A model generated the notes under the pieces. That model worked only from the letters and a program-made list of their open reading frames with translations, was not told where the DNA came from and did not search any database. A stretch of 64,000 nt of DNA, taken from NCBI GenBank assembly GCA_951406725.2, contig OX597826.1:46934001-46998000 (forward strand), in the 5' to 3' direction. This DNA comes from Octopus vulgaris (taxonomy: Eukaryota). This document shows positions 27,443-42,139 of the stretch, one piece after another (positions within the stretch are counted from its first letter, which is position 1; each line of letters starts with the position of its first letter). The translations under genes and the position numbers were made by a program.

Positions 27443-27743
27443 GTTGAGGCACATGGCCTAGTGGTTAGAGCAGCGGACTCGCGGTCGAGGAATCGCGGGT
27501 TCGAATCTCAAATCGGGCGATGTGTGTGTTTATGAGCGAAACACCTAAGCTCCACGCGGCTCCGGCAGAGGGTAATGGCGAACTTCTGATGACTTTTTCG
27601 CCACAACTTTCGCTCACTCTTTCCTCCTGATCTTATAGCTCACCTGCGACGGACCGGCGCCCTGTCCAGGAGGGGAACCTATACGCCAAGAAAACCGGGA
27701 AACCGGCCCTTATGAGCTAGGCGTGGCTCGAGAAGGAACAAAC
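27443..27743 (+). mobile_element. tRNA-derived SINE family C, tail type 1
   Basis: A-box TGGCCTAGTGG, B-box GGTTCGAATCT; 12-bp TSD TTCARGAACACT (27431-27442 / 27744-27755). A lone piece of this tail is at about 35917-35996 (-). Confidence 0.85.
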
Positions 27744-28133
27744 TTCAAGAACACTAGTGGCTTATTGGTGCAGTACGTTGTGAATTTTTCCCGTATCGAA
27801 GTACGATAAGCTTAGAAAAAGTTAATTTTATAGTTCACGGTTAGCATCAGGGGTTGTTGAATATGCGAATAAATATCTAAAATTTACGCAATGGTGTATA
27901 TAAAGTCCAGACTACATATATTTCATAGCCAGCGGAACCTCAAAAGTAGTAAGATTATCCAAATGAGGGGTTAGACCGCAAGCTACTCTTCAGGCAAAAG
28001 ATACCTTGATTATATGAAGATTACATAGTTGTTAGTGTTAACTCTTTAGGGTTTCGATCGAAATGTGTAGGAAGTACTGTCACGTGGTGTGTTTTGCCTT
28101 GCAGTGCTTCTCCCCTATTTGTCGATTTTTGCG

Positions 28134-28405
28134 ATGGCTGAAATGAAGGAACAGCGTGCTTCCGCGATATTCCGTTTTCTGCTGCGGGAAACAGCGACAG
28201 GAACAGTTGTCATGCTTCAACATGAGCAAAACACAACTTTACGATTGGTTTTCACTCTTCAAAAATGGTAACTTGTTGCTTGAGGCCCAACCTCGTTCAG
28301 GGCAACCGTCGACATCCCGACCGAATGAAGACATCATGAAAATTGGAGGACTGTCACCGAATAATTGGCGAACTTGTTGATACGATTGGGGTGTCCTGAA
28401 GCTCC
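28134..28405 (+). mobile_element. Mariner transposase N-terminal relic
   Basis: MAEMKEQRASAIFRF... and MSKTQLYDWFSLFKNGNLLLEAQPRSGQPSTS (mariner HTH and GRP-like motif). Confidence 0.8.
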
Positions 28406-28749
28406 TTTGTGTCGGTGTGTTTACGTCCCAGTAACTTGGCGGTTTGGCAACAGAAATCAATAGGCTAAGTACTAGGCATAAAAAAGTAAGTGCTGAGGTC
28501 GATTCATTCGACTAAAAACAAAAAACAAAAAAACAAAAAAAAAAAAACAAAGAAAAGAAAAAAGAAAAGAAAAAGAAGAAAATTATTCAAAGTGGTGCTC
28601 CAGCATGGCCGCAGTCCAGTGACTGAAACAAGTAAAACTTAAAAGATAAAAGATAAGAAATGAGATAAAAGAAATAAAGAAAAAGACACGGTTGGTGTTC
28701 GTTAAACCACTTTGGTAAGGATTAAGGAGAGCGTTAGTGAAAGATATTA

Positions 28750-28986
28750 GCCTATTTCTTTACTACCCACAAGTGGCTAAACACAGAGAGGACAATCAAG
28801 GACAGACAGACAGATTAAGTCGATTATATCGACCCCAGTGCGTAACTGGTACTTATTTAATCGACCCCGAAAGGATAAAAGGCAAAGTCGACCTCGGCGG
28901 AATTTGAACTCAGAACGTAACGACAGGCGAAATACTGCAAAGCATTTCGCCCGGCGTGCTAACGTTTCTCCCAGCTCGCCGCCTTC
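28750..28986 (-). mobile_element. Monomeric full-length SINE family B
   Basis: 14-bp TSD AGTGAAAGATATTA at 28736-28749 and 28987-29000. Confidence 0.9.
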
Positions 28987-30058
28987 AGTGAAAGATATTA
29001 ACCGCTTACTTATGATCGCTCTCTTCGCTTAAAGCTCAGTGAGCCAGCTTGATACGTTCGTCTCAGGTAAGTTTAAAACTAAGCTATTGAAATCTATACT
29101 CTATTTAGATTACAGTCCTAACGTTTAAAATAAATACACCAAGTATCTAAATGTATCAAGTATTTGATTTTAAAATTTTATTTTACATTGCCTACTTGAA
29201 TATAACAATTATGTGAAGAGAGTTCGGCACTGTATTTTACATTTTTTTTTCTTTTTTTGCATTATTGTATAGCATTAAGAATGTTTATATTTCAGCCCAT
29301 TAACCAACAGAGAAAGAACGTGGGAAGTTATAGTTCCAAGTTCCATCACATTGTAATACCATCCTAATTCTCAAAAATGTACATAGTTCCGAGTCAGAAA
29401 AAGTTTGTTTTAAGTCTTCCGCTGAATAAGCGAATCTATAGTGATTTCATTTTTTAATTTTTTTTTTACTGTGTTTTTTTTTTTTCTCTCTGTCAGCAGT
29501 CAGTTCTCATATCTGACCTAGTGAAGCTCGAACAAAATAAAGTGAAAAAGAGTCAAAACAGGGGAAGCAACGAAGAAGCTAGAATAAAAATAAATGTGAA
29601 ATAAAATAAAAATGGCAGATAAAGATGATAAGGTTTCAAATTTCAAGTGGGCTCTTAACGAAATCATTCGCTGACATTTTTATGTGTATCTTTTGTTTGT
29701 AGTTGTCATAATAATTGTTGAAAATAAATACGTTTCATAAAGTAGCATACGACAAGGGAATCGTGCGTAACATAATGTCGAACGCCATTTTGACGCTATT
29801 ATGTAGACTTATAATTGTAGCAGGAAATGCGAAGGGAACTAATACAGGAATGAAGAATAAAACTCAACATATCAGAATTACGAGAAACGACAAAAAAAAA
29901 AAAAAGAAAACCACGGAAACACAATGGTCGAATTAAAAATTTCACGATCAAATTTTTTAACGATCACTTTGAAACAAGGTGGACGATTCAGCGACTAGAA
30001 GAATGAACAGTGAGGAATATGCTGACGTTATGTCGGTATTAATAACTTAAAACATTGA

Positions 30059-30215
<157 letters not shown>

Positions 30216-30768
30216 ATTTAAGTGTATGTATGTATACATAACACATTACATGATTTATTTTCCCTCTTTCTCTTTCCTTGTAGTGAAAGACTAACGTCCG
30301 AAACGTTGTCTTCATTTTAAGCGTTAATAAAGTGTTTGTTAGCAGTTGCAGCTCTTGTGTTGGATTTCCTTTCTCTTTATATTCATTGCTTTTGCAATAC
30401 ATGTGTGTGTATGTATATATGTATGTACACACACATACATATAGTAATAATAGTAATAATCCATGGATGGAATTCATATTTTATATGCACCACTACGCGC
30501 GTTTCTACATATCACATATTTCTTAGTTTCCCTCTACCAAATCCACTCACAAGGCTTTGGTCGGCCCCAAGCTATAGTAGATGACACTTGTCCAAAGTGC
30601 CACGCAGTGGGACTGAGCTCGGAACCAAGTGGTTGGTAAGCAAGCTACTTACCACACAGCCAATCTTACGCATTATATACATATCTATATAAATATAGAC
30701 ACACACACACACGCACGCACACACACACACATACATACACACACAAACACATACACACACACACACAT

Positions 30769-30827
<59 letters not shown>

Positions 30828-30917
30828 TATATGTATTTGTTTTGCTAGATTCCTGATGTGAAATCGTGTGTTGAAGCAGATGGACTAAACAGAACAGGAA
30901 ACACGTGGGATGGAGAA

Positions 30918-30959
30918 TTGCTGACGAGGTCACAGGGATGTGCGACGAAAGATTTTCAG
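30918..30959 (+). ncRNA. Minimal type I hammerhead candidate in a TA-flanked insert (about 30845-31075)
   Basis: uug CUGACGA G GUC-ACA-GGGA-UGU-gc-GAC GAA AGAUUU U cag; stem I only 3 bp. Confidence 0.5.
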
Positions 30960-31069
30960 ACAAAGGACAATAAAATATGAACAATAATAAATATGAAGTG
31001 AAGAAAAAATATATAGTGCGTGTGTTTATTTGGCAAAAACAAAAGGACCATCTCGAAATATAGCAGTAT

Positions 31070-31122
<53 letters not shown>

Positions 31123-32074
31123 TCTGGTTTTAAACCTTGCCAACCTCAACTTTGCCATTCATACTTTCGGGGTCGTTAATTAAAGAACCAGTCGATTCAT
31201 CTCCCATCCACTCTCTCTTTCTCTCCCCCCCCTTTAACTATATTGTGTTTTTCTTTCTCTCTCTGTACATATACACACACGCTCATACACACTCATCACA
31301 GCTAGTTATATATGTAGTAAATATATGTAGAATTAATTAATTTCAATGTGAATTAATAATCCAAAGGCACGAGTTATCAGTTAAAAGTGTTGCATCATAT
31401 AGAAGAGAAAGGAGAACGGTGTAGGGAGAGGGAGAGAGAGAGAGAGAGGTGAATCTAAGAATGTCGTTGAGTAAATATATACAGAATTCGGAGGTGACAA
31501 CTTGTGTATGTCAAGGCATCAAAGCGAAAGCAAAATACAAAGAGTAACAAGAATAAGAAAAATAGTAAATATGAATTATTGAGCTGACTGATAAGACAGA
31601 TGGAAGTGTGAAGAAACTGCATTTTGTAGGGGCTCTGGCGGCAAGTTACAACGTAACGATAGAAAAATCGTCTGGTTTTGGGTATTGGCTTAGGTTGGGC
31701 GTAGAATCAAGGTTGAAATTGATAGAGGGATGAAATTCAATGAAATAAAGAAAACAAGCTATCGAGAAAGATATTTGAGGAAGATATTTGGTGTAGCATC
31801 GTGAGGAGGCGTGTTGTGGTGTAAGTATGGGAAATAAAAAGTGCCAGGTGACATGAAGTCGGTGCTTAGATAAGAGCAAAGTAGACACGTCAAAGTCTGT
31901 TATGTCTAAAACAGAGTATTGAATGTGAATGTATGGGAAAATATAATACAAATATAAATATTATGCACACTGATATATTTATGTACGGTTTGTATGTAAT
32001 GTAATGTAATATTCTACCATTTCTACATATAAATACATATAGGGATGTGTATAGAGTGAGAGAGAGAGATACAG

Positions 32075-32112
<38 letters not shown>

Positions 32113-32289
32113 CAGAGATACAACAGAGAAGAGAAGTATGTGTGTATGTACGTATATAATATATATATATACATATATATATGTGTGTGTGTAAACATAT
32201 ATATATCTATATACATACCTACATATATACATATATATATGTATATATATGCACGTACCATACATGAACAGATACAAATACATTATACC

Positions 32290-32330
<41 letters not shown>

Positions 32331-32411
32331 TATGTATGTAATTTTATGTATACATATATGTCTGTGTACATATCTATAGATAAGATATATACATTCTTGT
32401 GTGTATGTAAT

Positions 32412-32542
<131 letters not shown>

Positions 32543-32598
32543 GTTTGTCTGTCTGTCTGTCTCTCTGTCTGTTTGTCTCTCTGTCTCTCTCAATATGT

Positions 32599-32637
<39 letters not shown>

Positions 32638-33044
32638 CGCGCGCGATATTTGTGCTTGTATATACAAGGAAGACGTCGACAATAACTCCGAAGTTTCGGC
32701 TTGGTTGTTGTCATCAGAGTGGTCGATGATGGCTGACGTGCAAGCTGAAATTTCGAAGTTACTGTCAATGTTTTTTTCTATAAATTATGAAAGTGGTACT
32801 CTTCTAAAAAGTGTAGTAATAGTATTGCATAATCATTCAGTTTAATGTTAAATTTACCTTATATATAACTTCGCATAAAACATTAATGTATATATATGTT
32901 TACGTGTGTATGCACGCGCGTTTGTGAGAGCGTGTGAATTTCCTTTTATATGTATAATTAGTGAGCTGGCTGATGAGACAAATGGAATTGTGAAGGGACT
33001 TTCGCATTATGGCAGTATTTAATGATATACATATATATATAATA

Positions 33045-33445
33045 GGCGTAGGAGTGGCTGTGTGGTACGTAGCTTGCTTACGAACCACATAGTCCCGGGT
33101 TCAGTCCTACTGCGTGGCACCTTGGGCAAGTGTCTTCTACTATAGCCTCGGGCCGACCAAAGCCTTGTGAGTGGATTTGGCAGACGGAAACTGAAAGAAG
33201 CCCGTCGTATATATGTATATGTATATGTATATATATATGTGTATATTTATGTCTGTGTTTGTCTCCTAACGTCACTTGACAACCGATGCTGGTGTGTTTA
33301 CGTCTCCGTAACTTAGCGGTACGGTAAAAGAGACTGATAGAATAAGTACTAGACTTACAAAGAATAAGTCCTGGGGTCGATTTGCTCGAATATAGGAGGT
33401 GCTCCAGCCTGGCCACAGTCAAATGACTGAAACAAGTAAAAGAAA
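33045..33445 (+). mobile_element. Full-length SINE family A
   Basis: Match to 1092-1537; followed by a second degenerate tail (33446-33505). Confidence 0.9.
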
Positions 33446-34623
33446 ACTCTTCAAGGCGGTGCCCCAGTATAGATACAGACCAATGACAGAAACAAGTCAA
33501 AGATATAAATATGTGTCTTAATCCTTTAAGAATTCACCACATCCACCGAGCATCGTTTTTTTCCCTTTATATTCGGAAAATTGACAGAAATTTAAAAGTG
33601 TCAAACGAAATATATTCCGTTGGTATTTATTCTAGCAACCTGTGTTCTGAATCTAGTTCCTACCGAGGTGAAGTTTGCTGTTCATCCTTCTGGGATCGAT
33701 AAATTAACGCTCTAGGGAGGTGAAATGACGGATTCTTTAGAACGCCACACAAAACGTCTCATATTATTTCGTTCCCGCTCCTTTAAGGTTTTGAGTTCAG
33801 ATCTCGTCATCAGGCTTATCATCTTTCCCTGATATTTTAGTGTCTTTCAGTATGAGGATATTCATTAGTCTCAGCGTCTCTAAAAAGTGTCAAAGGCAGT
33901 GTCTTTTCTCCTTACCAAGCATAAATTTACGATAAAATAATAATGAAGGTTTCAAATTTTGTCTCAAGCCAGCAGTTTTGAAGTCAGGATTGAGTGGATT
34001 GCACGGACTCCAGTGCATGATTGGTCGCCATTTAATCAACCCTGAAGGGTTGAGAAGCAAAGCTGACTCGGACGGAACTTAATCTTTGCACGTAAAATGT
34101 AACAAGAAATGGTGCAGAGAAGTTTGTCCGACGCTCTAATAAATTTGACAATTCATCGGCCCAATAATGATGATATTGAATTGGAAGAATCGTTAGTGCG
34201 CCGGACAAAAATGTTTTGTGATATTTCTTCCGGCTCTTTATGTTCTGAGTTCAATTCCACCGGGGTCACCTTTGCTTTTCATCCTTCGGAGTTGAAGAAA
34301 TATGTACCACTTGAGCATTGGGATCAATGTAACCGACTAGCTCCGTCTCACTAAAGTTTCAAGCATTGTACCTATTGCAAAGAAGATTATTTCTAATATA
34401 GAATGTGTATGTGTGTATCTATGTGTAAATAGTTTTCTACATAGAAACTTGAGTCGTGAGACAAACAATTTCAGTTTCAGTAAAAATATTTCATACACTC
34501 TACAATGCGTATTGAGTGCTACACATTCATCCAGCGTAAACCAACGTAGATATATATATATATACATACACATATACATACATATATATATACATATATA
34601 TATATACATATATCTATATACAT

Positions 34624-34705
<82 letters not shown>

Positions 34706-34757
34706 ATACATATACATATATATGTGTGTATGTGTGTGTATAGATTTCAATATAGCT

Positions 34758-34822
<65 letters not shown>

Positions 34823-36222
34823 TGTACATATGTATGTATGTATCTATCAATCTATCTCTGTGTGTGTGTATTTATATGTGGGTATATATGAATATATGTA
34901 TATATGGCAGAAGATGTATGCAGTGTATGTACTGTACGTTTTTATTGTAAATATTTGCTAGCATTTCTGTTACATCAAGTGAACTGTCAAAGATTGGCGA
35001 TTGATTATATTCAAGAAGGAAACGCAATCAAAATCTGTCTTTCTAAACCAGAAATAAAATCAAATAAACCACATTGGCATTTGATTGATGCGACACCGTC
35101 TTTAAAGAAATACATCACTGGAGGATTGCTTCAAAGAACTTTTCAAAGAATAATATAAAAATTCTTATGCTAAATCTATTATGACCAAAAGAATAGACAT
35201 GATGTACAGACTATTATGTAAAATAGACAGTCTGCTAGCGACGGGGAAAAATACTAAACAAAATACAACTGCTAAATTTTGCGGTGTGTGTTTGAGACAA
35301 ATTGTAGTAAAATTGTGAAGAATAGTCTGAGAGCAAAAGGTCAGGTTAAAAGCACAATGAAAAGACAAGCTGATGTCAGAATAGCGTTTGTTGAAGGTGT
35401 TGTACAATTTGAACATCTTCGCAGAGTGTATGAGTTTTAGCAAAAGATTATAATGAGACAGAGGTTAAACAGACGAACTGTGTGGATGTTTCGTTTGTTG
35501 TGCAGGTATTTGTTATGGTGAATTGCTTGTATGTACACTCACTCGAAAAAATGTATATACATATACACGTACAGATGAACACACACACGTGCACAAGTAT
35601 ACACAAAGTCGCACATGTGAACATAATGATTGTTGTAAAGATGTATCGCACATAAGTGTACACACAGCAGCTCACATAAGTATACACTGAAGCGCATACT
35701 GTTGTATACACGCTCGTGGATACAAGTGTGCACCGAGGTACGTTCACGTTGCCGGGTATTCAAACGCATGTGCATTCACGGAGACGTGTACACATACGCA
35801 CATACACGTGTAACGAAATAAACAATAGCAGATAATTTTAAGGATGTCTTCTTGTATAGTCATACATATACATGTACATACTTATGTACACATACAAACG
35901 TAGCCAGTTGTACACATGTTTGTTTCTTCTCGAGCCATTCCTGGCTCATAAGGGCCGGTTTCCCGGTTTCCTTTGCGTATAGGTTCCCCACCTGGTAATA
36001 GCGGTTCGGAAATTGTCACTTTTTCACATGGTGGAAAAGATTATGAAAGGCGTGAAAAAAATGAAAAAAATAGAGAATAAAACTGATACCTGTGAGAAAA
36101 GCCAGGCGGTGCTGGTCTATGAACACACACACACGCACACATACACTCACATACACGCACACGCACGCACACACACACACACACACGCACGTACACTCAT
36201 GTGTCTAAAAATAAATAAGTAA

Positions 36223-36262
<40 letters not shown>

Positions 36263-36618
36263 ATCTGCATAAATATAACTACACGCATGCTTTTATGTAC
36301 TGACATGCATACATACACACATATGATGGTATATGTACATGACCACCCAAATCTATACACATAGTATTATGTGATAAACCATTTTTATAGTATAAGTATT
36401 TATTGTAGAAATACCTTTATTTTCTGAAATTGTTAATTCAGTTTCATAAACTGCATGAATATTGTTTTCTGCTTTTCTCAAAATGTGAGTAGAAGACACT
36501 TGTGCAAGATGCCACGCAGTGGGATTGAACCCAAAAGCACTTGGTTGCGAAGCAAGCCTTTCAACTATACAGCCATGCCTTCTCCTACGTTAGTAATTGC
36601 ATATAGCGTTTCTGGACG

Positions 36619-37023
36619 ATTCTATTCTACTCTAGGCACAAGACCCGGAAATTTTGGGTAAGGGGGCAGTCGATCAGATCGATCCCAGTACGCAACTGGT
36701 ACTTAATTTATCGACCTCCACCCCCGAAAGGATGAATGCAAAGTCGACCTCGGCGGAATTGAACTCAGAACGTAGCGGCAGATGAAATACCTATTTCTTT
36801 ACTACCCACAAGGGGCTAAACACGGAGAGGACAAACAAGAACAGACAAACGGATTAAGTCGATTACATCTACCCCAGTGCATAACTGGTACTTAATTTAT
36901 CCACCCCAAAAGGATGAAAGGCAAAGTCGACCTCGGCGGAATTTGAACTCAGAACGTAGAGGCAGACGAAATACGGCTACGCATTTCGCCCGGCTTGCTA
37001 ACGTTTCTGCCAGCTCGCCGCCT
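36619..37023 (-). mobile_element. Dimeric SINE family B
   Basis: 15-bp TSD TAGCGYTTCTGGACG at 36604-36618 and 37024-37038 encloses both units. Confidence 0.9.
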
Positions 37024-38588
37024 TAGCGCTTCTGGACGTTTGACACTGGAAACTGTTGCGGCGATAGGCATTAACGCCCCTGTGTGATTAAAAGGTGGGT
37101 TCGTTGAACTCTTATGAAGAGTAGCATGTCTCGTTCAGACAAGAATAAGCCGTTTGAACCTCGCGTGTTGGTAGTCAGAAGTTACGCCTGTGAATATATT
37201 GTTTTACCCACCCGTTTCGTTAAAATCATATATCCGCAATGAAGGATATAAAAGTGAGTCTGAAGAACAGGATATAAAAAGACCTCCAGCTTCTGGTACT
37301 GAGACAGCGTCGATGATTCATATTTTTGTGTGTGTAATGTAGATTTGGAGCACCAACAATGCAGACGTTTGACTAGATTTGGCACCAAAACCAGTGGAAG
37401 ACCAGATAAACAGCAAATAATTTAACATGTCTGATATGATTATTTGACAATAAAATGCATGAATGTTAAATGGTTATATGTGCTTATATGTACATACGAA
37501 CAAACGTACATACATACATACACATGGACATGCGTACATATATATGTATATATGATTGAGTTTGTGTGTGTTTAGACATAAATGCAGACGCACATACTCA
37601 CGCAGACGTACACCACCCCAAACACCCACACAGAAAGGCACACATTGTAAAGAAATACATGCTTCCATATAATTGCATATAAATTCATACTTACAAAAAA
37701 TCGTGCGATCATAAAGCCATACCAAGATATATACATGCTTGCAAACTTATATATGTAAGTATATAAGCTTACATACACACGTGTGCAAATGAATATATAT
37801 ATGTGTATAACACCATTCCCTTATATGAGTGTACTTAGATGTGTTGATGTGTGTGTGTGTGTGTCTAAACATATATACATAGACATATTAAAGCATATAT
37901 GGACACATAAATCTAATAGAAATACACCCCATGTATTTATGTATGCCAGTGTGTGTCTGGGTGTGTGTATGTGTGTGTGTCTGTGTGCATACAATAAAAA
38001 TCCCCTACACCATTGCCAGGTTTATAAAACCTTAAATGCTTCGTATGAAGGAATTACATTTCAGCAGAAATGACAGATAGAGAATACATAATAGTTTCAT
38101 ATAAAAAATATATATACATTATATATACATATATGTATAAATATTAGAAAGAAAAAAACGTGGTCGTTAGATCATGTTGCATTGCTATTGTAAGTAAAAC
38201 ATTCGCATACAATACAAACCTACTACACTGCCTTCACACTTACAGATGTACATAAATCTTTCGTAAATAGCACAGTTTTCCGGATATTGTTATAATATTT
38301 GTTATACAAGTTATCTAACACATATGCAGAGGTAAACAACATGTATACACAAAGCCTTGATTCAATGTAAACGCAATAAGGACATTTTTTGTTATCAGAA
38401 TGAGGTAACAATTTTCCAGCCATTAAGTTCCATTGAAGCATGGCATCTATTATAGTGTTATCATAGAACGAACGCAAGACGGTTTTTTTATATTTTTATA
38501 TTGTGTACATATATATGTATATAGCCAAACACTAAAGCAAATTCGACAATAATGGGAGTAAAAGAAAGCAACAAACGAAATATATATA

Positions 38589-38634
<46 letters not shown>

Positions 38635-39134
38635 CGTACTCACACAGACACACAGATACATACGCACACATAAATATATATATATATATATGCGCGTGCG
38701 TGTGTGTAACAAATAAAAAGCAACAAGCTTATGTCTCTTTGCATCGGTGGTTGGTTTTTCCAGCTTTGTTTATTCTGTAAAATAAATCATTTTGAGCTAT
38801 TTATTTAACAAAGTATTACAAGCCCAAAAGATAAATGCAAAAACTAAACCGCAAACAATACACACACACACATACACACACACACGCACACATACACCAC
38901 ACATACACATTCACACACATCTTGCACAGAATTGCAAGTAGTGTGGAAATAAACACAATTCCGAATGCATCTAATGTTTAATGTATCAATAAATGCTAAT
39001 ATTGCAATCAAAATGTTATGGGCAACAAGAATATTTCACCATCATTTTCATGTAGGATGTCTAATATTCCTTCATAAGTCTACAAATCTGATAAAAAAAT
39101 CTAACCCCATACACCAGACATTTTCAGTAATATA

Positions 39135-40240
39135 CTCTTTTACTCTTTTACTCTTTTACTTGTTTCAGTCATGTGACTGTTACCATGCTGGAGCACCGCC
39201 TTTTAGTCGAGCAAATCGACCCCGGGACCCATTCTTTGTAAGCCTAGTACTTATCCTATCGGTCTCTTTTTCCGAACCGCTAAGTTACGGGGACGTAAAC
39301 ACACCAGCATCGGTTGTCAAGCGATGTTGGGGATACAAACACAGACACACAACTGCGGCCATGTTGGGGTACCGTTTTGAAGAAGTTTTAGCCGTATGAA
39401 TCTACCTGCAGTACATTTTTGTGTTTTTTTTAAATGCCTGATACTTATTTTATCGGTCACTGTTGCCGAACCACTCGTTTACGAGGACATAAACATACTA
39501 ACATCATCATCATCATTGTTCGACCGTGGTCGAGACAATGGAATTTACCATGCTACGCCAGACTTCACGGTCCATCATAGCATTACGGAGGTCCTGTTGC
39601 TGGATGCCTGTATCCCTGGAGATTACATCAGGGTAGGAGAGTGTGCACCCTCTGGTATTGCGAGTAGATGACTTCCAGAGGAGAAGAGTAGAAATTGCCT
39701 CGTTTTCAGCTCTACAACAATGTCCAGGAACCTGGACTCTCCTACCTTTCACAAGTTATGACACAGGTGGTAGTTTCTCATACATTTGCATTTTGGTTGG
39801 ATGACGCTTCCACGAGAGATTTTGAGCTCTCATAAGGAGGCGAGCGTAGATTCCATCCAACCGCCTCTCAAGCTTATTTGATAACTTCCAGGTTTCTGAG
39901 CCATATAGTAGAATTGGTTCGACTGTGGCTTTGAAGATTTCAAGTTTGAAGTCTCTACTTATATTTGATGACCAGATATTATGCATGTCATTACAGGCTG
40001 ACCATACTAACATACTGTCAAGCGGTGATGAACAGACAGACAGACAGACATACAGATAGACAGAAGACACACACACACAGACATATTCGACGGGCTTCTC
40101 TCAGTTTCCATCTGCCAAATCCACTCACAAGGCTTTCGATGGCGTGAGGTTACAGTAAAAGAAAACCAAAGGTGTCATGCAATGGGACTGAACTATGTAG
40201 CTGGGAAACATGCCTCTTACGTCACTGACACGCCTGCGCC
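39135..40240 (-). mobile_element. Two SINE A pieces; the second is split by an RTE insertion
   Basis: SINE A 3' half at 39135-39352, then an older copy whose sequence resumes at about 40003. Confidence 0.75.
39505..40002 (-). mobile_element. 5'-truncated RTE-like LINE with (GAT)n tail
   Basis: KLEIFKATVEPILLYGSETW...MMDREVWR peptides; 11-bp TSD CATACTAACAT at 39494-39504 and 40003-40013. Confidence 0.9.
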
Positions 40241-40650
40241 TATGTATTATTGATATTTTCGATACCATTTTAAATTATTCTTCTCTTAATTTGTTTATAA
40301 TTTCGTTCCTTCAATTGTGGCCACACTGGAGAACAGCTTGTAATGTTTTTTTTTCCCCATTATGTTGATTCTGCTGTTTTATTTGGTACTTGATTGATGA
40401 GTCTTGTTCAGACACGAAAAAAATGTCGATCTTGGCGTAAAACGACATGGTTAGAACAGAATTAAATCTGTAAAGTTCTTTTGTTCGACGCATCGATTGT
40501 GTGTAAGCTACGCCATTTTAGGTTTAACAATACACGCGTGTGCAGACACACTGTTTGTCTGTCTCTCTTCCTCTCACTCTCACAAACAGACACCATGAAT
40601 ATATAAGTGCACACACACATATACATATATTACGAGAATATATACATACC

Positions 40651-40688
<38 letters not shown>

Positions 40689-40989
40689 AATACACATTAT
40701 ACTCCTCTTTAGTGTCCTTACATTGACTGGACTCTTCAGTTCCGCAGGTACCAGTACCAGAACGAAATTAGAACAGTCCCTTCTAAATCGACGACCTTGT
40801 TGCATAAAACAATTAATTAATACATTGAATTTCACTCTAACTGATTGTCATTTAAGCTTGTATTAAATTCTTTATGGAATTCCTGCTTTGTCAATATTTT
40901 CATTTATTAATTGTGCTCATACACACATACATACATGCATACACACATTGTAGTGCACGCGCATACACACATACCACCACCCCTACAAG

Positions 40990-41162
40990 ATAGATCGGTA
41001 GCCACTACACATTTTTTTTCTCTCCTGTCCCTTTCTGTAGAAGAGCGTAGGCTCGAAACGTAAAAGACCTTTTCTATTCCTGAGCGTTATACTAATGCAT
41101 ATGTTTGTTTTTTACACCACCTGTCTTCGTCTTTTGTTTTTTTTTACGTGAATTCTCCTATA
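40990..41162 (+). mobile_element. Solo PLE terminal fragment of the family at 46487-48335
   Basis: Aligns to the reverse complement of 46487-46690; ends at a TA-rich tract. Confidence 0.8.
41031..41066 (+). ncRNA. Minimal hammerhead with A6U core variant
   Basis: cuuu CUGUAGA A GAGC-GUAG-GCUC GAA ACGU A aaag. Confidence 0.65.
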
Positions 41163-41944
41163 AATATATATATATATATACACACACATATGCACGTATG
41201 TATGTATGTGAATATAGCTGTGTGTATTGTATGCGTCTATCGGTCAATGCATGTATGGAAATTTGGAAATGTTAGGAAACATCCCTACAGGCGCCAACCG
41301 AAAAAGCCTACAGATTACTGATTAACTTCACTGTGAAATGCAAGTACCTCAACCAAGCTGTGTTCTCCGGCTTACAGAAGCAAGTGGAGAACAGGCGCAT
41401 ACTTACGAAAACTTTCACCTACCTATCAGCTAATTTACTGGTGTGCCTTTACTCTCACGATCGTGTACAATTGGTACTTAAGGAAAATATTGATATAGTA
41501 TTACAAATTAGCGAGAGAGAAGAAATGGCCAAAGCATGTACCTCAGAATGTGTCATAGAAGGACAAAACAACCATAGTTTAGGACATTGCAAACAGTCAG
41601 ACGGGGAGGTCGGAATATTCAGCCGGTATAGTTACCAAGGACCATCAGGGAGTAAAATGTTTGCTAACTAATCTATGTCCGAATGGGTGACAATGTGTCT
41701 TCGAAACAACGGAGTAACTACAAAAATATGAAATTCTGGAAATAGAATAAGGGAAAATGGCGGCTGGAAACAAAGACTTTCATAATAAGTGCCCTTAGAA
41801 CGAATCATATAAAAATGCCATTTATCGTTTTATTCATTGCATATTTATTACTAATTAGCTTTTTATTGACCCCTGCGTTAATTATGTTAATATGATATTA
41901 ACTACTGTGGGTATACATACATATATGAGTATATATGTACGTAC

Positions 41945-41975
<31 letters not shown>

Positions 41976-42041
41976 TATATGAATGTATGTATATAATGTA
42001 TATATGTGTGTATATTAATATAACTATGCATGTACGTACAT

Positions 42042-42093
<52 letters not shown>

Positions 42094-42139
42094 ACAAATG
42101 TATGCATATGTATAGATATATGCGTAAGAGGAGCGAAAA

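Noticed and set aside
27447-27520. tRNA gene
   Set aside because: A and B boxes are present, but the acceptor stem does not close and the sequence continues into a SINE body bounded by a TSD.
41333-41671. 112-aa non-repetitive ORF as a host exon
   Set aside because: No recognisable domain, GTG start, and no supporting neighbouring exons. The same holds for 10646-10849 and 57075-57332. Small exons cannot be excluded without RNA data.
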